Positions 53,201 to 62,200 of a stretch of 64,000 nucleotides of DNA are shown piece by piece; within the stretch, counting starts at the first letter, position 1; each line of letters starts with the position of its first letter. Under the pieces are notes generated by a model. That model searched no databases, was not told the DNA's origin, and saw nothing but the letters and a program-made list of their open reading frames with translations. Source of the DNA: Phoronis australis (lineage: Eukaryota > Animalia > Phoronida); the NCBI GenBank assembly GCA_002633005.1, contig NMRA01000408.1, positions 62,001 to 126,000 on the forward strand. The letters are read 5' to 3'. The position numbers and the translations under genes were made by a program.

Positions 53201-56200
53201 GTTGCCCAACCCGTTAAACTCTGGAGCCTTTTTGCGAGTCTCTGATGGTTTTGATAATCTTGTTGGTAACGGCGATAGAATCCTATCACACTAAGTAATA
53301 TTATGAGACCGATTTCATGACAGAAAACAACCTAATTCGATTTTGTTTCTTAAGCCCGCTAAACAGGGGAAAAAATGCAGCTTTAAATACCATTTTATTA
53401 CACAACCACTGAATCACCATGACAACAGGAGCTTCAACACAGTACTGCCTACAGACTAATAATGTCAGCACCTCATATATATAATTAGCCGTAATTATCC
53501 CTTCCGTCCCCCATGGAAGAGGAACCTTGTCTCACCTGCTCAGACAGTTGTGTGATAACCTCAGCTGTCCTCTCTTGAAACTCCATCTTACAGTTTGGCT
53601 GCTGCTTGGCAATCACGCTCTTCACGTCCTTATGGGGGTCGGGCTTCCAACCAAACAGACGGTCCACCTGGGCAGACAGAGGGCACTGTGATACAGCTGC
53701 ATTGACAACGGACAATTACCACCCGATATAAGCGGTAACGGAACTGGACATGTTTATTAACAAGCCACGTGAAAGCTTCCGCCAAAATGATGCATACCGA
53801 TAACCATGCATTATGGATTGTGCCTTCTGGCTCAGGTCAACTCCCATACTGGCTTAGCAGCTTTGAAAAAACCCGAAACTTCTTAGCATTAAGATATCTT
53901 TCAGGCATTTAAAGCTTTTTTGTTATACGTCATCAATTAGTTCAGACCAGTTTCACAGGAAATGAATGAATTCTGTGTGGGCATGGACTGACATGACCCC
54001 ACAGATTTAGGGAAAACTTCAATCAAAACAAATAGCTGGACTTGACTCAGTTGCCAGGCAACTTATGAACACATCCGCTTGTATGTGAGCCAGAAACCGA
54101 AACTGGCTACCAATCAAATGTCTCTATTGCTTGAATGGTCTTATCCAGTGATCTTGCCGACTTTCAGACAACTACAACCATTGATTGCTTTCAATATTTA
54201 TTCTAAAGAAATGCTTACTAACGCACCCAACTCATCAGTCTGCAGAAGCAGTGACATGGCCATATTACACACCCAACTCATCAGTCTGCAGAAGCAGTCA
54301 TACACACCCCTATTACACAGAAGTCATCACTTGGATAAGCCGTAACTTGTATCATGGTCCCGACGACAATGAATTAACTAAGGCAACGCATACTTCACAA
54401 CTGAATGAAATTTCACGATTTACTTTCAATTACTTCATTTTGTTATAATTGGAACCAACAACATTTGACTTTTTGCAGATAGCGAGAGACCTCATATTTA
54501 CCTAGGACTAAGATGGCGATCATCCTGAGCAGTACCACGAGCAGACATCAGCGCCATCTGTCATGTGATCACTTCACTTAAGTAGTATTTCATGCAGCCG
54601 GTCAGTTTATCATAGGTATTATCTAATCAAAATTAACTACCACCTTACCAAGCAGCTGATTGCTTGTGCACACGTTTTGGATACAGCATTAGGAAGACTT
54701 GTATTCCACAAATCAGTGCTCCGCGACGCGGGCGCATCGATTTTCCCTATCCATAAATATGCCAATGCAAAACCGCTGATCAATCACATTTCGAAGATAC
54801 TTCCATTACACCCACAACACAAAAAAGAAAACAGGCATCGCAACACAAGTTCACATCACAATCAACAATACAAGAATCAGCCTTTCATAGGTGGATATGT
54901 ATGTTGATATCTACGTACAACTCAACATATAATATCCAAAAGTCATACCTTATTGAGAGCCACCACGAATGGCGTTTTCCTAGACTTGAGCAGTTCTATA
55001 GATTCTATTGTCTGAGGTTCAAGGCCATGCATAATGTCAATTACTAGGATGGCGATGTCACACAGAGATGAACCACGTGACCGCAGGTTGCTGGAATGGA
55101 ATGTACAAAGTGTCAGGGAATTCACACTTCGATGATTACGTCAAGGGCAAAGTGCCCAATTAAAAGTAAGACATGATTACGGTAGAAACCCCATCTGTAG
55201 GAGTAATCCACGAACCCCACTTGGCCCGAGGCATAACTGTAAAAAGCACAGTAACTCGCTGTACTACGAAAACAGAAACCTTTAAAAACGCTGGTGAAAA
55301 CACAAAAATAACCAACATTACACGAAGACGCCAATTTTTCACTTCAATTAATAAAAGAATGTGTAAAAAATAAACCTTTCCATAGAGAAAAATCATTATT
55401 TCTATTTCATTCATAACTGAACAAACTTTTCAAAGTAATGTTACAGTGCCCATGCCCTCACCCAAAAACAAGCTGGTAGGCTGACAAACAACAACTTATC
55501 TGAAAGACCCACGACCACAACAGTCTAACGAACAACTCGCCTGAAAGACTCATGACCATGACAGGCAAACAAACAACTTACCTGAAAGACCCACAACCAC
55601 GGCAGTCCAAGAAACAACTCACTTGAAAGACCCACGACCACAACAGTCTAACAAACAACTTACCTGACAGACCCATGACCACAACAGTCTAACAAACAAC
55701 TTACCTGAAAGACTCGTGACCAGGAGTGTCAATAATGAGAAGGCCAGGTAACTTCAGATCAAACTTTTGGAACTGAAACATGGCGAGAAATTGTAATTGG
55801 AAACTCAAATTGCAGGTTAAAGTCTTAGTGCAGCCAAGTAGCAAATGCCATTAGCAATATAACATACACACTACAAAACATCAAATACCACAAATATACG
55901 AAAATTTGCTGTCCACATGATCGATTACCACAGTGTCTAGTTAATAAATTGCGGCACCTTGTTCAATAACCGAATATTAAGAGATTTTTGGTTTGTTTCA
56001 ATATGGGTCAGAGGTCAAAAACAGTGAAGCAGGGAACAGAAATCTTCATTTACTCCATAGACTCATTTTATTTCTCATCATTTTTTACGGACCATAATCA
56101 TGGAAATAAGAAGTCTGACTTGTTATGTTATCCGTGTCTTGCACTTGTATTTTTTGTCTTGTGTTTTTATGTTTTTCTTTTATTTCTCTGTACCTGTGTG

Positions 56201-59200
56201 ATTCTAATAATTAAAAATTTAGTATTATTATTATTATGTTGGAACTGCAGAAACATTGGATTATGATTTAGTGCTTGTCTTTAAAAACGTGATTTTTTCT
56301 CTTTTTAATTGCGAAAAGTGTGGAAAATACATCACATGACATCAAATGAATTTTTCAAAACAAAAGAAACAGACTAACCAGGGTATTACAAAATACAGAC
56401 AGAAGAANCGACCACGACAGTCTAACAAACAACTTACCTGAAAGACTCGTGACCAGGAGTGTCAATAATGAGAAGGCCAGGTAACTTCAGATCAAACTTT
56501 TGGAACTGAAACATGGCGAGACATTGTAATTGGAAACTCAAATTGCAGGTTAAAGTCCTAGTGTAGCCAAGTAGCAAATGCCATTAGCAATATAACATAC
56601 ACACTACAAAACATCAAATACCACAAATATACGAAAATTTGCTGTCCACATGATCGATTACCACAGTGTCTAGTTAATAAATTGTGGCACCTTGTTCAAT
56701 AACCAAATATTAAGAGATTTTTGGTTTGTTTCAATATGGGTCAGAGGTCAAAAACAGTGAAGCAGGGAACAGAAATCTTCATTTACTCCATAGACTCATT
56801 TTATTTCTCATCATTTTTTACGGACCATAATCATGGAAATAAGTCTGACTTGTTATGTTATCCGTGTCTTGCACTTGTATTTTTTTGTCTTGTGTTTTTA
56901 TGTTTTTCTTTTATTTCTCTGTACCTGTGTGATTCTAATAATTAAAAATTTAGTATTATTATTATTATGTTGGAACTGCAGAAACATTGGATTATGATTT
57001 AGTGCTTGTCTTTAAAAACGTGATTTTTTCTCTTTTTAATTGCGAAAAGTGTGGAAAATACATCACATGACATCAAATGAATTTTTCAAAACAAAAGAAA
57101 CAGACTAACCAGGGTATTACAAAATACAGACAGAAGAATATGACCTTAGTAACAGGAACTGTGTTTCATAGATAATTAGCAAATATTCACAAATACCAGA
57201 AATTAGTTAACACTTTTCACAAAAATACAAAACCTACAAAATCACAGATGATAACGGTCAAAAGAAAATGTGCAAAAAACCCAACTGAGAGACAACATGG
57301 CCGCCACTTACATCTTTGCACATCTTTGTCTGGTTTTTAATTGCCTCCAGGGGAACGTTGGTAGCACCAATCTGTTGAGTGATACCACCAGCCTCACCGT
57401 CTTGCACGTTGGTGCGACGTAACTGAAAACAAGACGGAGCAGTGTCACGCCAGTCGTATCAACGAGGCCATTCCCTCAAGGAGAAATTTCCCCTTGAAGG
57501 TAAGACCCAGGTGGAACTGTTGACTTTTTCTACAATTAAGTGAACAGGCCGAGTGGAAGATAAAGTTACAGTCAGAATAGTGGACAGCAGCAACGACGTT
57601 CACAGTCGGTGCCGCGTGCTTTCGACCCACAAAATGGAACTGTCACTTTTAGAAAACCGAAAGAACAGCAAATAATAAGAGAGTGAACATTTAAGCTTCA
57701 TATTCTTAACATGGATACTTTTAACATATTGTAATATTGGAAAACAAACTAACTCAAATAAAATGGTTTTCTCATATAGTATATTCCATGAAAACACACC
57801 AAAACATTCAATGAGACGAAGCAAACTACTGAGTCTAACAAAAAGCACAGTGCCTGCTCTCCACACCTCCTTCATTACCTTATCTAAAATCTTTGTTTTC
57901 CCTGTGTCCACATGACCCAATACACAGACGACAGGTGCCCGCAGTACATCGGGGTCTTTCTTCTTCTCGGCCTCCAGTCTCCGTTTCTGAAACAATTTCC
58001 GGGGCTGCGTCAAGATCAATATTTCTATAACAAAGTGAAGGCTACGCGGTTGAAATAAACAAAGAGGAGTCAACACGTGAGAAGACTAAGAATGGTAGAT
58101 CATATTTTTACAGTTGCATAACGCCCTGTTTAGCTGACTAAAAACAGAAATCAAATTCAGCTTTGTAGTCTCATTATGTAAGTTTCATATAATGATAACG
58201 TGATCATGATAGGGTTCTAGTTCCGTCATCAACAAGAACATTGAAATCATGGATCGGTGACTCGGAAAAGTTTAACGCCTCAGTTTTTGGAGTTGACAAA
58301 CCCTAAAACTGCAGATTTGAAAATGCTGCATGTATGCTCTGCCTGTGATAAAAGTTGCCGGCTGATTCCCAAACAAATTAAGATGCGATGCACATGGTTA
58401 AGTTTTTAAACCCCAAAGCTCTTCGGACAAGAGCTCAACGTTGACATCTGTACATGGATGAAATGCAACTTCAACTAACTGATGCATCAAGGCGTACCAT
58501 GGCAAGTTATCAACATTATGATTATGTCATTTCAAATCAATCTTCATTTCTGATCACTAATAGGTGGGCGTTCATTAAAAGAATACCAAACCCAGTTTTG
58601 GCCTATGAGCAGACACAAAAAACGACCTTCCTGTCCAGTTCTCTGAAATGAAATAATGCTCTGCAGCCCTCGACAAACCTCAAAAGTGTGGGGCGGAATT
58701 TGAAAACTCCTTTCAAATTCTACTAAACTGGCACCCGCGACCTACACTTTTAGCGAATTAAACAACAACTGTGGTAAAAGACCACTCACCAAAGACCATA
58801 ATGCCCAGTTTGTGAGATAGGGGGTATGAGTTTTTAGTTGATTCCTGCTTTTATCTTTCAAAATTGTCACTAATGATGCAAGTGACAGAATGAGGATTGC
58901 TTGAAATCAACAAAACAGAGTTTAGTATCCTTTTAAATGTTTGCACATTTATCTAAAATAAACGCAAAACAACACCACTTCCAATTTCTAAAAGAACACA
59001 GAATGCACCCAAACAAAGCCAACTTCTTATTGACCGCATGACCCTAATCAGTCACCTCAACAGCTATTCTGGCTTTCTCTATAGGTGTCAAGTCATCGTC
59101 TTCCTCTTCTGTCGACGACTCCTCAGAATCATCACTCTCTTCCTCTGATTCTTCTTCCTCTTCATCCTCATCTTCTTCTTCATCATCATCTTCTTCGTCT

Positions 59201-62200
59201 ACTTCCTTATCTTCAACTTTGACTTCTTTGGTAGGTGGTTCATCTGGTACTTTGGCTGTAAAAGACGACACACAACTTCACTTGAATGAGAATACCTAAT
59301 AGCACTTAGAAGGTCAATAGGCAGTTTTTGTTACCACAGGGAGAAACCTTTCAACCAGTTACTTGTCTGATTTTGTACCATGTGACCAGTTCTGGTTTGA
59401 TAGACTTTCAAATAGCAATCCACAATAAGCAACTATGAATTCTTCAGAAAACAGAACGTCAAATAACTTACAAACACAATACAGGTCACCATGGATACTA
59501 GACAACAATAAAACACTGATACTCAAAACACAGCCATACAAAGCTTTTGGTCAAAGGCGCAGCAACTGGCTACACAAAGTTGTTGGCAAGTCACTCGATG
59601 ATCCGTTGTCCACCAGGTGTTTGCATGCTGAAAAGTAACTTTGGGCAACCGTCTTACAACGACAAAGCCAAAGCACGCTGATGAAAGTTTCTCCAAAGCC
59701 ACCGGCACTGCACATTGCGCATTTTACTACTCCACTTTCATGTTGTAGCTTTGTTGCACATTGTCTGACAGTAGTCAGTGGTATTCTTCGTTGTTAATTC
59801 AAATCCCAAAGGATTTACTTTTGCATCAACTTGAACTATACGGTAAAAGCTCTGTAATTGAGCACCAAATACGGCATACTAGTAAAATTTAGTTTGGCCA
59901 AATTCCACAAAAAGTAAATCTAAAGGCTTTCATGAAAATAGATAAAGTTTTCAGTGTATCAACAATGTAATCAGGATTTGAAACATGAAAAATTGCAATT
60001 TTGGCGATTATTTTGAGTGAAATTGAAGAGCAATTACCGTACCTCTAAGACTTGAAGAGTGACTGTATTTTGGTACAACGTTTGCGAGGACAAATATAAA
60101 GGTACACTCTTCTTTATCCACAAAAAGGAGAGCACAAATTTTTTTCATTATGAAACCATGAACAACAACTACTTGATTCTGTGATTTCAAGTCTCACCCG
60201 TGTCCGTGACCTCAGCAGCCTCTTCTTCATTTTCGCTGGCATCCCAGTCATCCTTGACCTCATCATCCCCATCATCATCGCCTGCATCCCACGCAGCAGG
60301 AGGTTCCTTATCTTTAGACTCCGACTCCTGAATAAAGAAGAAGACGTCCATTACACAGCATGTGACGACAGCCCTGGGATCTGTTTCATGAATAGCAACT
60401 TCAAACATAAGTCAAAAATTGACAAATTGCAAGCTCCGCCCCTTTTGAAATGTTGACAAACAAACAATAAGTTTTACCCGGCAACATGTTGTTTGTCAGG
60501 TAAAATGGTGGCTTGGAAACGAAGGTGTGTCAAGAATGCTACGTTTTGATTGGTCAGTTCAGCCGTCATTCAAAATCCTGGCTCCCATTTCCCAATTGCT
60601 CTAACAGCAAAGTTTTAGTCAAGCAATTATGAGCGCATCACAATCTAGAAATTATACATAGAAATTATCAAAATAAGTTACAATAATGTATATATTAACA
60701 GTGACTTCCATTTTTGCGTAAGAGAGATCTTACAGAAATAGCTCTTTGGAACGCAAGATCAAATTTCAGTTCCTATTAAACGAACCCCTAGGCAGCACCA
60801 GAGTGACTACACTCAATTCACATCACGAATAAATTCAAAAAATACGCCAAGCACTGTTGTGTACTTCATGTATAGTGTGACACCCGTTTAAAGCAATAAC
60901 ATCACAGTAAAAGAAACCACTACACCCAAGGCAATTAACATCATTACATACAGAGGTGTATCCGCAAGCCTCTGCTTGACTGCTTCAATTTAGTCTTCCT
61001 TGACGAGATGAATGTAGTTTGCTGCTTAACAACCATCTCAGTTATTAGTGTTTTGCTCATTGATGAGGATGTAAGGACAAAGCTTAATCTCTGCCAGTTA
61101 ATCTGTATATTAAAACGGCTAGACAGCCATGTTCTGTCAAAGAAATCAACTTCTGATTTAGACCAATAATTGCCAGAAACTTGATCTTAACTCGTTCCTT
61201 GCTTAGATGAGAAGAAATCTATAGGCTCGGAAAGAACTTGCAGTTCGTTTTTTCTCGAGACTGTACCAATCNNNNNNNNNNNNNNNNNNNNNNNNNNNNN
61301 NNNNNNNNNNNNNNNNNNNNNNNNNNNNNNNNNNNNNNNNNNNNNNNNNNNNNNNNNNNNNNNNNNNNNNNNNNNNNNNNNNNNNNNNNNNNNNNNNNNN
61401 NNNNNNNNNNNNNNNNNNNNNNNNNNNNNNNNNNNNNNNNNNNNNNNNNNNNNNNNNNNNNNNNNNNNNNNNNNNNNNNNNNNNNNNNNNNNNNNNNNNN
61501 NNNNNNNNNNNNNNNNNNNNNNNNNNNNNNNNNNNNNNNNNNNNNNNNNNNNNNNNNNNNNNNNNNNNNNNNNNNNNNNNNNNNNNNNNNNNNNNNNNNN
61601 NNNNNNNNNNNNNNNNNNNNNNNNNNNNNNNNNNNNNNNNNNNNNNNNNNNNNNNNNNNNNNNNNNNNNNNNNNNNNNNNNNNNNNNNNNNNNNNNNNGG
61701 CAGCACCAGAGTGACTACACTCAATTCACATCACGAATAAATTCAAAAAATACGCCAAGCACTGTTGTGTAATTCATGTATAGTGTGACACCCGTTTAAA
61801 GCAATAACATCACAGTAAAAGAAACCACTACACCCAAGGCAATTAACATCATTATATGCAGAGGTGTATCCGCAAACCTCGGCTTGACTGCATCAATTTA
61901 GTCTTCCTTGACGAGATGAATGTAGTTTGCTGCTTAACAACCATCTCAGTTATTAGTGTTTTGCTCATTGATGAGGATGTAAGGACAAAGCTTAATCTCT
62001 GCCAGTTAATCTGTATATTAAAACGGCTAGACAGCCATGTTCTGTCAAAGAAATCAACTTCTGATTTAGACCAATAATTGCCAGAAACTTGATCTTAACT
62101 CGTTCCTTGCTTAGATGAGAAGAAATCTATAGGCTCGGAAAGAACTTGCAGTTCGTTTTTTCTCGAGACTGTACCAATCGAACAGAATGACATGCCATGC

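Larger units (their letters stand above)
55676..57138. repeat. Near-identical ~733-bp direct duplication separated by one N (probable uncollapsed haplotypes)
   Basis: 55676-56407 versus 56409-57138; a handful of SNPs and small indels; N at 56408. Confidence 0.9.

Noticed and set aside
54225-54335. Intronic C/D-box snoRNA (GTGATGA...CTGA on minus strand)
   Set aside because: The box-like words are parts of a 46-bp tandem repeat unit and no rRNA-complementary guide was recognised.
55488-55722. CRISPR-like regularly spaced repeats
   Set aside because: The units are contiguous tandem copies without unique spacers, derive from an exon/intron junction, and lie in a eukaryotic gene with no cas genes.
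55705-56505. Mutually exclusive alternative exons in the eIF5B G domain
   Set aside because: The exons are identical, the flanks ~99% identical and the junction is an N; a haplotype artefact is more parsimonious.
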